From positions 188,734-252,733 of the forward strand of contig CAVQPT010000006.1 of NCBI GenBank assembly GCA_963714855.1: a stretch of DNA of 64,000 bases. Reading direction: 5' to 3'. The notes beneath the pieces were generated by a model, which was not told where the DNA came from, made no database searches, and saw only the letters and a list, made by a program, of their open reading frames with translations. Both the position numbers and the translations under genes were made by a program. Position 1 is the first letter of the stretch. Each line of letters opens with the position of its first letter. Below are positions 9,729 to 18,635 of the stretch, piece after piece. Source of the DNA: an uncultured Bacteroidota bacterium (GTDB lineage Bacteria > Bacteroidota > Ignavibacteria > UBA10030 > UBA6906).

Positions 9729-11042
9729 ATGCGTCCATTCTGGGCTGTCGCGTTTGTGGTGTTGTTGCTAGTCGCCCTGGCCGGGGCGGTGATTCCAGGC
9801 GTTGAATCCTCATACGGCGGGGATCCCGTCAACGCCGCCGATGTGGCCTGGATGCTTACGGCGACTGCGTTGGTCCTGCTGATGACTCCCGGCCTGTCGT
9901 ATTTCTACGGCGGGATGGTCAGTGCACGGAACGTGATTTCTACTATGCTCCAGAGTGTCGTGGCAATGGCCGTCATCAGCATTCTCTGGGTTGTGGTGGG
10001 ATTCAGTCTGGCGTTCGGGGACAGCATTGGCGGCGTTGTGGGCAACCCCGCGACGTTTCTGTTCTTCCGGGGAGTCGGCGGGGCGACCCATCCCGGTCTT
10101 GCACCCACGATCCCCCTCCTCCTGTTTGCCATGTTCCAGCTGAAGTTTGCAATCATTACTCCGGCACTGATCACCGGATCGTTCGCCGAACGTGTCCGGT
10201 TCTCCGCATATCTGGTCTTCATGGTGCTCTTCTCGCTCCTGATCTACGCTCCACTCGCGCACATGACGTGGCACCCTGATGGGCTGTTGCGGAGACTGGG
10301 GGTGCTGGATTTTGCCGGTGGGACCGTCGTGCATATGTCCGCGGGCTTTGCAGCCCTTGCCGGGGCGATCTATCTCGGCCGGCGGCAATCGCATCGCAAA
10401 AAAGAGAAGCACACTCCGGCGAACATACCGTACGTCCTTCTGGGAACGGGGTTGCTCTGGTTCGGCTGGTTCGGGTTCAACGCTGGATCGGCCCTGGCAG
10501 CAAATGAGAGCGCCGTCCATGCATTTGCGACCACGAACACCGCCTCGGCTGCTGCGGCGCTCGCGTGGATGTTTCTCGATGCTCTGCTCGGACGCAAGCC
10601 CTCTGCCCTCGGGGCCTCGGTCGGAGCGGTGGTGGGTCTTGTCGCCATCACGCCAGCAGCAGGGTTTGTCAGCATCGGCGCGAGTATCTTTATCGGTGTG
10701 GTTGCCAGCATCGTCAGCAATCTTGCCGTGGCGTGGAAGGCTCACTCAACGCTGGATGATACCCTTGATGTCTTTCCCTGCCATGGCCTGGGGGGTATTG
10801 TCGGGATGGTAGCGACAGGGATCTTCGCAAAAGACGTCGGCCTCCTCTACGGCACCTCGGCGGTCTTCCTGGCTCACATGGCGGCCCTTGTCTTTGTGAG
10901 TGTCTTCGCGTTCGGCGGGTCGTATGTGCTCTACAAGCTCACTGACCTGTTGATCCCTGTCCGCGTTGCCGCGCAACAGGAAGTGGACGGGCTCGATATG
11001 AGTCAGCATGGAGAGTCTGTTTCTTTCGACCGCGCGGCGTAG
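9729..11042 (+). CDS. amt: Ammonium transporter (Amt/MEP family)
   Basis: gaggag RBS with a GTG at 9723 and an ATG at 9729. Amt signatures are present: DVAWMLTATALVLLMTPGLSYFYGGMV, DFAGGTVVHMSAGFAALAGAIYLGRR, and LGTGLLWFGWFGFNAGS. 11 TM. Confidence 0.9.
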   Translation: MRPFWAVAFVVLLLVALAGAVIPGVESSYGGDPVNAADVAWMLTATALVLLMTPGLSYFYGGMVSARNVISTMLQSVVAMAVISILWVVVGFSLAFGDSIGGVVGNPATFLFFRGVGGATHPGLAPTIPLLLFAMFQLKFAIITPALITGSFAERVRFSAYLVFMVLFSLLIYAPLAHMTWHPDGLLRRLGVLDFAGGTVVHMSAGFAALAGAIYLGRRQSHRKKEKHTPANIPYVLLGTGLLWFGWFGFNAGSALAANESAVHAFATTNTASAAAALAWMFLDALLGRKPSALGASVGAVVGLVAITPAAGFVSIGASIFIGVVASIVSNLAVAWKAHSTLDDTLDVFPCHGLGGIVGMVATGIFAKDVGLLYGTSAVFLAHMAALVFVSVFAFGGSYVLYKLTDLLIPVRVAAQQEVDGLDMSQHGESVSFDRAA

Positions 11043-11111
11043 AGAAGGGAACCAGGGAAATCCGCCGGGGACGGCGACTCTCAAAAAGATCAGAGCCGTC
11101 GTGCGGTCGGG

Positions 11112-11540
11112 TCAGGGGGTGCGGATTTCGTACGGGGCATAGTCGTACACAACACAGCGTGAAGGCTTCCGTGCATCATACACGACGGTGACATGGTTGC
11201 CTTCGTTCGCGTGTTCGTAGTCGTCTCTCCCGACCGGCATCGTTCCATCGACAGGCACCCCCGGTGTGTGAACGAGACTGCCCATCGGGACAAAGCGAAA
11301 ACGGATCGTCCACGTTGTCTTTTTTCCGCTCTGCATTTCCCTGGCAACGACGTGCCCCTCGGCCACCGCCCCGTACCTGAGTAATGAGCGCAGTCGCGCC
11401 GGACGTACGTACGCAATCCAGACGAAAACAGCCATGATCGCGTTCCAGAAGAGTGTGAACAACGCCAGGAACGGAAGCTCCAGTTCGGTCTCGTCGAGAT
11501 CGTCGAGTCGCGACCCCCATTCAGGGAACAGCGGATGCAC
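11112..11540 (-). CDS. DUF3592-like membrane protein. Possibly the C-terminal part of a frameshifted tandem-DUF3592 gene extending to about 11797
   Basis: GTG-start ORF with a TM helix LPFLALFTLFWNAIMAVFVWIAYV followed by a beta-rich DUF3592-like domain. The open frame upstream continues as LLLDYTFHYDFTTYAGESTVSQGIYEIANEGDAVRVRVHPLFPEW, which has no start codon. A second frame carries MRLFMIPHLLIGIGILAYTLFLATLVFFGEAVEGTVTGTSSTSDDSGT, starting at 11797. Confidence 0.5.
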   Translation of the reverse strand: MHPLFPEWGSRLDDLDETELELPFLALFTLFWNAIMAVFVWIAYVRPARLRSLLRYGAVAEGHVVAREMQSGKKTTWTIRFRFVPMGSLVHTPGVPVDGTMPVGRDDYEHANEGNHVTVVYDARKPSRCVVYDYAPYEIRTP

Positions 11541-12047
11541 CCGAACACGGACCGCGTCGCCCTCGTTCGCGATCTCATATATACCCTGTGATACGGTTGA
11601 CTCTCCCGCGTACGTCGTGAAGTCGTAGTGGAACGTGTAGTCGAGGAGTAGCTAGTCCCGCTGTCATCCGAGGTGCTGGAGGTGCCGGTGACGGTTCCCT
11701 CAACCGCTTCACCGAAAAACACGAGGGTGGCAAGAAACAGTGTGTATGCGAGTATGCCGATCCCGATGAGGAGATGGGGGATCATGAAGAGACGCATACA
11801 GCCCAATCCGGTTCCTTTCCCCTTTTTTGGTGCCAGCGGTCGTGGGACGCGGACATGCCTCGGATCCGGTGTCATGGGGTTTTCTCCGTGTGCACGCCCA
11901 ATATAGGTGGCGGCGGAGCCGCATTCAAGCCCCTCCCGCACCCTCGAACCTCCGTCCAGGACATCCCGATGCAACTTCTCCTGCGTATTGAGCGTATAGA
12001 GAGAACCGTCTGCACTTCATTGGTCCCATCAATTCAGGGTTCCGTCT

Positions 12048-14054
12048 ATGAAACACAGCGTGCTCCCTCTTTTCCTCGCCGTCGGGCTCCTGTCGTGCTC
12101 GACTCCACCGCACCAATCCGGCATCGATACAACGATGATGGATACGACCGTGAACCCTCAGGCCGATTTCTATCGCTACATGAACGGGAAATGGTTGACC
12201 ACATTCTCCATCCCCCCGGACCGATCCAACTACGGTGTGTTCACAAAACTTGCCGATGACGCCGAAAAGAATCTGCGCACCATCATCGAAGAATCAGCAA
12301 CATCTCCGAACCGCCCCGAAGGTTCGGATGCGCAGAAGGTTGGCGACATGTACGCAAGCTTTATGGACAGCACACGTATCGAGAGCCTCGGGCTCTCGCC
12401 GATCGCACAAGACCTCGAACGGGTCACCAGGGCAGCGAGTGCCGCAGATCTTGTGCGGTACGCCGCGGAGAAAACCCGCGAAGGCACAAACACGCCGTTC
12501 TTCCTGTTCGTGAGCCAGGACTCCCGGAATCCCACGGCGTACGCCGTTCATCTCTATCAGGCCGGGATCAGCATGCCCGACAGGGACTACTACCTGCGTC
12601 AGGATCCGAAGTTTGTTGAATTGCGCTCGCAGTTCGTTGCCCACGTGGAAACGATGTTTGCGATGGCCGGCATCGTCGATCCCGCCCTCGCCGCAAGGCG
12701 GGTGATGGCGGTGGAAACTGAACTTGCGAAGGCCCAATGGACAAAGGTCGAGAATCGCGACCGCGTGAAAACATACAATAAGCGCATGCTGGCCGACATC
12801 GGGCCGGGCTTCGATTGGACTCTCCTCGGTTCTGAGCTGGGGCTTCGCACCGCCGACAGTGTGCTGGTGCACCAGCCGTCGTTCTTTGCGGCCTTCAGCG
12901 CATTGTTTGCCTCCCTGCCCCTGGAAGACTGGAAGGCGTACTTTGCATGGCATACTGTCACTCCCTGGGCCCCCTATCTCCACGCCCCTCTTGTCAATGA
13001 GGATTTCCGGTTCTTTGAGGAGGCACTGAAAGGCGTTCCGGAGAACAGGCCCCGGTGGAAGCGGGGCGTGAACCTTGTTGAAGATCATCTGGGTGAAATG
13101 GTCGGGAAACTGTACGTCGAACGACACTTTCCTCCGGAAGCCAAGCGCCGCATGGTGCAGCTTGTGGACAATTTGAAGCTGGCATTTCGTGAACGCATCA
13201 ACGCCGTTGCCTGGATGGGGAACGCAACGAAGGCAAAGGCGCTTGAAAAGCTGGGCAAGTTCACTGCGAAAATCGGGTATCCGGACAAATGGAAAGACTA
13301 CTCAGCTGTCAGCATCAAAGCGGACGATCTCGTTGGGAACATCCGGCGTGCCAGGCGCGCAAGCTTCGCCCGCGAGATGACGAAGCTCGGCAAACCGATC
13401 GACAGGACCGAATGGTTCATGACGCCGCAGACGGTGAACGCGTACTACAATCCGGACATGAACGAGGTGGTCTTTCCGGCTGCAATCCTCCAGCCTCCCT
13501 TCTTCAATATGGCTGCCGACGATGCGGTCAACTACGGGGGAATTGGTGCGGTGATCGGGCATGAGATGACCCATGGTTTCGATGACCAGGGTCGCATGTC
13601 GGATGGCGACGGCAATCTGACTGACTGGTGGACCGAGGAGGACGGGAACGAGTTCGCCCGGCGGGCAGACGTTATGGTCGCGCAGTACAACGGGTACATT
13701 CCCATCGACACAATGAGAGTGAACGGGCGTCTCACCCTGGGGGAGAATATTTCCGATCTCGGCGGCCTCACGATCTCTTTCTATGCGTACAGACAGTCGC
13801 TCGAAGGAAAACCCGCGCCGGTGATCGACGGTTTCACCGGTGAGCAACGGTTTTTCCTTGGCTGGTCGCAGGTGTGGGCACGGAAGTATCGGGACGATGA
13901 ATTGCGGCGGCGTCTGCTGACCGACCCGCATTCACCAAGCGAATACCGTGTAAACGGTATCGTCTCCAATATGCCGGAGTTCTATCGGGCGTTTGGTGTG
14001 TCGGAGGGTGATCCGCTCTGGCGGCCTGAGAATGCGCGCGTCCAGATCTGGTAG
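12048..14054 (+). CDS. pepO: M13-family zinc metallopeptidase (neprilysin/PepO-like endopeptidase), lipoprotein
   Basis: Signal plus Cys (LLSCSTP), then the HEMTHGFDD zinc motif, NAYY, and GENISDLGG (the GENIAD motif). 668 aa. Confidence 0.9.
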   Translation: MKHSVLPLFLAVGLLSCSTPPHQSGIDTTMMDTTVNPQADFYRYMNGKWLTTFSIPPDRSNYGVFTKLADDAEKNLRTIIEESATSPNRPEGSDAQKVGDMYASFMDSTRIESLGLSPIAQDLERVTRAASAADLVRYAAEKTREGTNTPFFLFVSQDSRNPTAYAVHLYQAGISMPDRDYYLRQDPKFVELRSQFVAHVETMFAMAGIVDPALAARRVMAVETELAKAQWTKVENRDRVKTYNKRMLADIGPGFDWTLLGSELGLRTADSVLVHQPSFFAAFSALFASLPLEDWKAYFAWHTVTPWAPYLHAPLVNEDFRFFEEALKGVPENRPRWKRGVNLVEDHLGEMVGKLYVERHFPPEAKRRMVQLVDNLKLAFRERINAVAWMGNATKAKALEKLGKFTAKIGYPDKWKDYSAVSIKADDLVGNIRRARRASFAREMTKLGKPIDRTEWFMTPQTVNAYYNPDMNEVVFPAAILQPPFFNMAADDAVNYGGIGAVIGHEMTHGFDDQGRMSDGDGNLTDWWTEEDGNEFARRADVMVAQYNGYIPIDTMRVNGRLTLGENISDLGGLTISFYAYRQSLEGKPAPVIDGFTGEQRFFLGWSQVWARKYRDDELRRRLLTDPHSPSEYRVNGIVSNMPEFYRAFGVSEGDPLWRPENARVQIW

Positions 14055-14186
14055 TCGTTTCGCTCCCCGCTCACCCCCATGCATTGTACGGGGGTGGGGT
14101 GGGGAATCTCGAATATCGTGCAACTGAAACACGGAAAATGCGTATAGCAGAGAGGGGGGGACGACCGACTTCTCTCGGAGGAAGGC

Positions 14187-14579
14187 ATGAACGCTGAAAA
14201 GCACATTACCCTGGTTGCAATTCTCAATCTTATCCATAGTGGCCTCGGACTTCTGATCGGCATATTTCTGTTTTTCCTGCTGACGGGCATCGGCCTGTGC
14301 ACCGGTGAAGACGAACCCATGGTGATCCTCACCATTGTCGGCTCGGCGATCGCGTTCTTCTTCTTCGTGATCTGCGTGCCCGGCATCATCGGAGCCATCG
14401 GGCTTCTCAAGCGGCAACGATGGTCGCGGGTTTTCATGCTGGTCATCGGTGCATTGTCCCTTCTGGATATCCCCCTCGGAACGGCCCTTGGAATCTATAC
14501 GTTGTACGCCCTGATGAGGGAAGATGTTGTTCGAGTTCTTGATGCCCCGCCAACGACAGGTCCTGTCGTTGCCGTATAA
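14187..14579 (+). CDS. Small polytopic membrane protein (130 aa), hypothetical
   Basis: ggagg RBS and 3-4 hydrophobic helices. Confidence 0.45.
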   Translation: MNAEKHITLVAILNLIHSGLGLLIGIFLFFLLTGIGLCTGEDEPMVILTIVGSAIAFFFFVICVPGIIGAIGLLKRQRWSRVFMLVIGALSLLDIPLGTALGIYTLYALMREDVVRVLDAPPTTGPVVAV

Positions 14580-14745
14580 CTCTCGGCCCTGCTCCCGCAG
14601 GGCCGCATTTTTCTCCTTGCATTTCTCTCGGCGGTCACGCACATTGGATGCACGTCCGCATTCTGTGCAGCGTGACGGGAGACACCCCGCCGTCATTACG
14701 CCATGAACTCCGCCATCCTCTCGTTCTTGTCCAGGACAACCACAC

Positions 14746-16440
14746 ATGGATAGCCGTGATGCTGTGATTGGGATTGATTTTGGCACCGATTCGGTTCGTG
14801 CGCTTGTTGTCGAAGCATCCTCGGGGAAGGAAATTGCCAGCGCAGTGGCCCCGTACCCCCGATGGGCCCGCGGGGAATTTTGTGATCCTCATGCCAACCG
14901 TTTCCGGCAGCATCCGCTCGACTATCTGGAGGGATTGGAACAGACCCTCCGGGAGGCGCTTGCGAGTGCGCCGGCGGGAACGTCCGATTGCATCCGGGGA
15001 ATCGCTGTCGACACGACGGGATCTACCCCGGTAGCCGTCGATGCAAAGGGAACGCCGCTCGCGCTGACTCCCGGTTTTGAGGGGGATCCTGATGCAATGT
15101 TCATCCTCTGGAAGGATCACACGGCGGTCAGGGAGGCGGAAGAGATCAACCGGGTTGCGAAATCGTGGGGCGGAACGGACTACACGATGTACGAGGGGGG
15201 AGTGTATTCGTCGGAATGGTTCTGGGCGAAGGTCCTTCACGTGCTTCGCACGAATGAACGGATACGGGCAGCCGCCTATTCCTGGGTTGAGCACTGCGAT
15301 TGGGTCCCGGCTCTCCTCGCAGGCGATACGGATCCCCTTCGCATACGCCGGAGCCGCTGTGCGGCGGGACACAAGGCGATGTGGCATGAATCCTTCGGCG
15401 GCCTCCCGTCGCAGGAGTTTCTGACAACACTGGATCCCCTCCTTGGAGGGCTGCGAGCCAGACTCTATACAGACACGCACACCAGCGATATCTCCGTTGG
15501 CACCCTCTCCCCTGCCTGGGCCCGACGGCTCGGCCTGCCGGGCACGGTTCACATCGGCGTCGGCGGGTTTGATGCGCATATGGGAGCCGTCGGGGGAGAG
15601 ATCCGGCCGTATATCCTGACGAAGATCATGGGAACGTCAACGTGCGACATGATTGTGGCTCCCAAAGCGGATATGGAACACGTCCTTGTACGCGGCATCT
15701 GCGGTCAGGTTGACGGGTCGATCCTACCGGGGATGGTGGGCATGGAAGCGGGCCAGTCGGCGTTCGGCGACGTCTATGCGTGGTTCAAGGATCTGTTGCT
15801 GTGGCCCGTCACCCACCTGGTAGGTACAACTGCCGCACTTGACGCCGCGACGAGGAGTGCCGTGGTGCGGGAAGCGGAAGAGACGTTGATTGCCTCTCTT
15901 TCCGAAGCCGCCGCGGCGGTTCCTCCGGAGGATTCCGGCGTGCTTGCGCTGGATTGGATGAACGGGCGGCGAACACCGGACGCGAACCAGTTTCTCACAG
16001 GTGCCATTGCGGGATTGCGGTTGGGCAGCGATGCGCCGCGCATCTTCCGTGCGCTTGTCGAGGCAACGGCGTTTGGTTCCCGGCTGATCGCGGACCGGTT
16101 CCGTGAGCAGGGCGTGCGCATCGACGGCGTCATTGCCCTGGGTGGTGTTGCGAAGAAGTCCCCCTTTATCATGCAGATCGTGGCCGACGTTCTTCAGATG
16201 CCGATCGCAGTCCCCAGGTCCGATCAAACGTGCGCTCTCGGAGCGGCCATGTGTGCCGCCGCTGCTTCGGGAATCTACGCGGATCTCGAATCAGCAAAAC
16301 GCGCCATGGGAAGCGGAGCTGAACGAACGTATATCCCCGATCCTGATCGCGGACGGGTCTATGATGACCTGTATGCCCGGTATCTGCGCCTCGGGTCGTT
16401 CATCGAAAAGGATATCATGTCGACAAGGAATCTTCCGTGA
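14746..16440 (+). CDS. araB: L-ribulokinase (FGGY carbohydrate kinase family)
   Basis: N-terminal AVIGIDFGTDSVRALVV and an FGGY-kinase fold over 564 aa, the typical AraB length. It is immediately followed by araD. Confidence 0.8.
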   Translation: MDSRDAVIGIDFGTDSVRALVVEASSGKEIASAVAPYPRWARGEFCDPHANRFRQHPLDYLEGLEQTLREALASAPAGTSDCIRGIAVDTTGSTPVAVDAKGTPLALTPGFEGDPDAMFILWKDHTAVREAEEINRVAKSWGGTDYTMYEGGVYSSEWFWAKVLHVLRTNERIRAAAYSWVEHCDWVPALLAGDTDPLRIRRSRCAAGHKAMWHESFGGLPSQEFLTTLDPLLGGLRARLYTDTHTSDISVGTLSPAWARRLGLPGTVHIGVGGFDAHMGAVGGEIRPYILTKIMGTSTCDMIVAPKADMEHVLVRGICGQVDGSILPGMVGMEAGQSAFGDVYAWFKDLLLWPVTHLVGTTAALDAATRSAVVREAEETLIASLSEAAAAVPPEDSGVLALDWMNGRRTPDANQFLTGAIAGLRLGSDAPRIFRALVEATAFGSRLIADRFREQGVRIDGVIALGGVAKKSPFIMQIVADVLQMPIAVPRSDQTCALGAAMCAAAASGIYADLESAKRAMGSGAERTYIPDPDRGRVYDDLYARYLRLGSFIEKDIMSTRNLP

Positions 16441-17132
16441 CCAGATACGATTCACTCAAAGAGCAGGCATGGCACTCCAATATGGCGCTGCCGGCCGCGG
16501 GACTGGTGACCGGGACCTTCGGGAATGCCAGTGCGTTTGATGCAGGACGAGGGATATTTGCGATCAAGCCCAGCGGTGTGGCCTTCGCCGCCCTGAGCCC
16601 GGCCGCGATGGTCGTTGTTGACCTGGATCTCCGCGTGGTGGAGGGGACTCTTCGTCCGTCGTCCGACGCGCGAACGCATGCTGTTCTCTACAGATCGTGG
16701 CCGGACATTGCCGGGGTGGTCCACACGCACTCTCTGTATGCCGTGGCCTGGGCGCAGGCCATGCAGCCCATTCCTGTGCTTGGTACCACGCACGCCGACG
16801 AGCTGCCGCAGGACATCCCCTGTACGGAACCGATGGACGAGCCCGGGGTTGAGGGCGACTATGAAGAGGAGACTGGCCGCCGGATTCTCAAGACCTTCAC
16901 CACGATATCCCACAACGATGTGGGCATGGTCCTGGTGGCGTCCCATGGTCCCTTCTCCTGGGGGCCGACACCCGAACGGGCGGTGGAACGGAGTATCATC
17001 ATGGAGCAGCTTGCCCAGAGTGCGTTGCTCACGCTCCAGATCAATCCGGCCACACCCCGGCTTCAGGAAGCACTGATTCGCAAGCACTTTGAACGCAAGC
17101 ACGGTCCGGCGGCATACTACGGCCAGGACTGA
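16437..17132 (+). CDS. araD: L-ribulose-5-phosphate 4-epimerase (class II aldolase/adducin family)
   Basis: GTFGNASAFD…GIFAIKPSGV…VVHTHSLYAVAWAQ, the class II aldolase metal-binding His motifs. Its start overlaps the araB stop (ATGA). Confidence 0.9.
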   Translation: MTRYDSLKEQAWHSNMALPAAGLVTGTFGNASAFDAGRGIFAIKPSGVAFAALSPAAMVVVDLDLRVVEGTLRPSSDARTHAVLYRSWPDIAGVVHTHSLYAVAWAQAMQPIPVLGTTHADELPQDIPCTEPMDEPGVEGDYEEETGRRILKTFTTISHNDVGMVLVASHGPFSWGPTPERAVERSIIMEQLAQSALLTLQINPATPRLQEALIRKHFERKHGPAAYYGQD

Positions 17133-17141
17133 TTCCGCATT

Positions 17142-18635
17142 ATGGAGGCGAAGACGATGAAGAACCTTCCGGTTATAACGATGGGCCTTCTGGCCGTCAG
17201 CAGAGACTGTTTTCCCGCTGAGCTCTCGCGCACCCGGCGCAGCGCGGTGGCGGCACGGTGCAAGGAACAGGGAACGCCTCTGGTGGAGCTCGAGACCATC
17301 GTGGAAAGCGACAGCGATGTTCTCCGAGCGCTAAAGGAGATCGCTGACAAGAAGGTGAACGCCCTGACACTGTACCTTGGAAACTTCGGTCCGGAAGGTC
17401 CGACAACGCTTCTGGCGCAGAAGTTCGACGGGCCGGTCATGCTTGTTGCGGCAGCGGAGGACTCGGGAAAGGATCTGTACGGCGGAAGGGGTGATGCGTA
17501 CTGCGGCCTTCTGAGTGCTTCGTACAACTCCGGCCTCCGACGCCTGAAGGTCCATCTTCCCTCCTATCCTGTTGGAACTCCCCCGGAGATCGCTGAAAAG
17601 ATCCGGGACTTCATGCCTGTCGCCCGCGTGGCCGTTGGGCTCCGGCTCCTGAAGGTCTTCTCCTTCGGCCCCCGTCCTCACGATTTCCTGACCTGTCACG
17701 CACCGATACAGCCGTTGTTTGACCTGGGCGTCGAAGTTATGGAGAACAGCGAGTTGGACATGTACGATGCTTTCCAGATGACCAAGGGTGATCCCCGGAT
17801 CAAGGGCGTCGCGGCGGACATGGCGAAAGAGCTCGGCAAGGGGAATACCTATCCCGACCTTCTCGAACCGCTCGCACAGTTTGAACTCTCGCTCCTGGAT
17901 TTCATGGAAAAGCATCTCGGAGCGTCGCAGTTCGCCATTTTCGCGAACAAATGCTGGCCGGCCTTTGAGAAGTATTTCGGCTTTACACCCTGCTACATCA
18001 ACGGGAGACTTGCGGCCCATGGCATCCCGATATCCTGTGAATCGGACATCTACGGAGCCCTCAGCGAATACGTCGTTGCCTGCGCGACAATGCTCCCTCC
18101 CGCGATCCTCGACATCAACAACACCGTGCCGTACGACATGATCGAGGAGGCGCGCGACCAGATCGGTGAGTACCACGCGCATGATCTCTGGATGGGATTC
18201 CATTGCGGAAATACCTCCTCCTCCTGCATGGTCAAAGCCAAACTGAACTACCAGTTGATCATGCATCGGATGATGGAGCCCGACAAGGAACCGAACATCA
18301 CGCGCGGCACGTTGGAAGGGCAGATCAAGCCGGGGGAAATCACCATCTTCCGCCTCCAGTCAACTCCGGATACCCATCTCTGCGCATATGTTGCAGAAGG
18401 CGAGGTGCTGAACATCGACCCGAAATCGTTCGGATCTATCGGTGTATTCGCTGTCCCCGAGATGGCGCGGTTCTACCGGCATGTCTTGCTGGAGAAACAT
18501 TTTCCCCATCATACTGCGGTCGCCTTCAATCATGCCGGGCGGCAGCTCTACGAAGCGATGAAGCTCATCGGGATCGGCGACGTATCGTTCAATCAGCCCA
18601 GGGGAATGTTCTATCCGACGGAGCACCCGTTTTGA
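17142..18635 (+). CDS. Probable L-arabinose isomerase of the L-fucose-isomerase-like family (non-canonical AraA)
   Basis: 497 aa. It does not resemble E. coli AraA but has the FucI-like C-terminal catalytic region (…CESDIYGALSEYVV…HDLWMGFHCGNTS…). Its position after araB-araD supports the isomerase role. Confidence 0.55.
   Translation: MEAKTMKNLPVITMGLLAVSRDCFPAELSRTRRSAVAARCKEQGTPLVELETIVESDSDVLRALKEIADKKVNALTLYLGNFGPEGPTTLLAQKFDGPVMLVAAAEDSGKDLYGGRGDAYCGLLSASYNSGLRRLKVHLPSYPVGTPPEIAEKIRDFMPVARVAVGLRLLKVFSFGPRPHDFLTCHAPIQPLFDLGVEVMENSELDMYDAFQMTKGDPRIKGVAADMAKELGKGNTYPDLLEPLAQFELSLLDFMEKHLGASQFAIFANKCWPAFEKYFGFTPCYINGRLAAHGIPISCESDIYGALSEYVVACATMLPPAILDINNTVPYDMIEEARDQIGEYHAHDLWMGFHCGNTSSSCMVKAKLNYQLIMHRMMEPDKEPNITRGTLEGQIKPGEITIFRLQSTPDTHLCAYVAEGEVLNIDPKSFGSIGVFAVPEMARFYRHVLLEKHFPHHTAVAFNHAGRQLYEAMKLIGIGDVSFNQPRGMFYPTEHPF

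Noticed and set aside
11090-11974. 294-aa minus-strand ORF read as a single gene
   Set aside because: Only its middle part (TM helix from the ATG at 11797) looks protein-like. The 3' part is an out-of-frame read-through of the DUF3592 gene, and the 5' 59 aa have no coding features. I treated it as a possible frameshift instead.
12294-13127. 277-aa minus-strand ORF, plus others at 12599-12961 and 13302-13931, inside the M13 peptidase gene
   Set aside because: Antisense shadow ORFs, typical of high-GC DNA. The plus-strand gene has strong motifs (HEMTH, GENISD) and codon bias; the antisense translations are low-complexity Arg/Pro/Gly-rich.
14055-14186. Hairpin CACCCCC-N11-GGGGGTG after the M13 peptidase gene as a terminator
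   Set aside because: 7-bp stem with an 11-nt loop and no downstream T tract. Not convincing.
13932-14786. 284-aa minus-strand ORF spanning the intergenic region and the small membrane-protein gene
   Set aside because: Highly charged and low-complexity (…HADHEEEERDRRADNGEDHH…), with no start context. It overlaps a well-formed plus-strand membrane-protein ORF that has a ggagg RBS.
14635-15579. 314-aa minus-strand ORF antisense to araB
   Set aside because: Arg/Pro-rich nonsense composition with no motifs. araB on the plus strand is well supported.
17331-18266. 311-aa minus-strand ORF antisense to the arabinose isomerase-like gene
   Set aside because: Shadow ORF. The plus-strand gene forms a contiguous operon with araB/araD.
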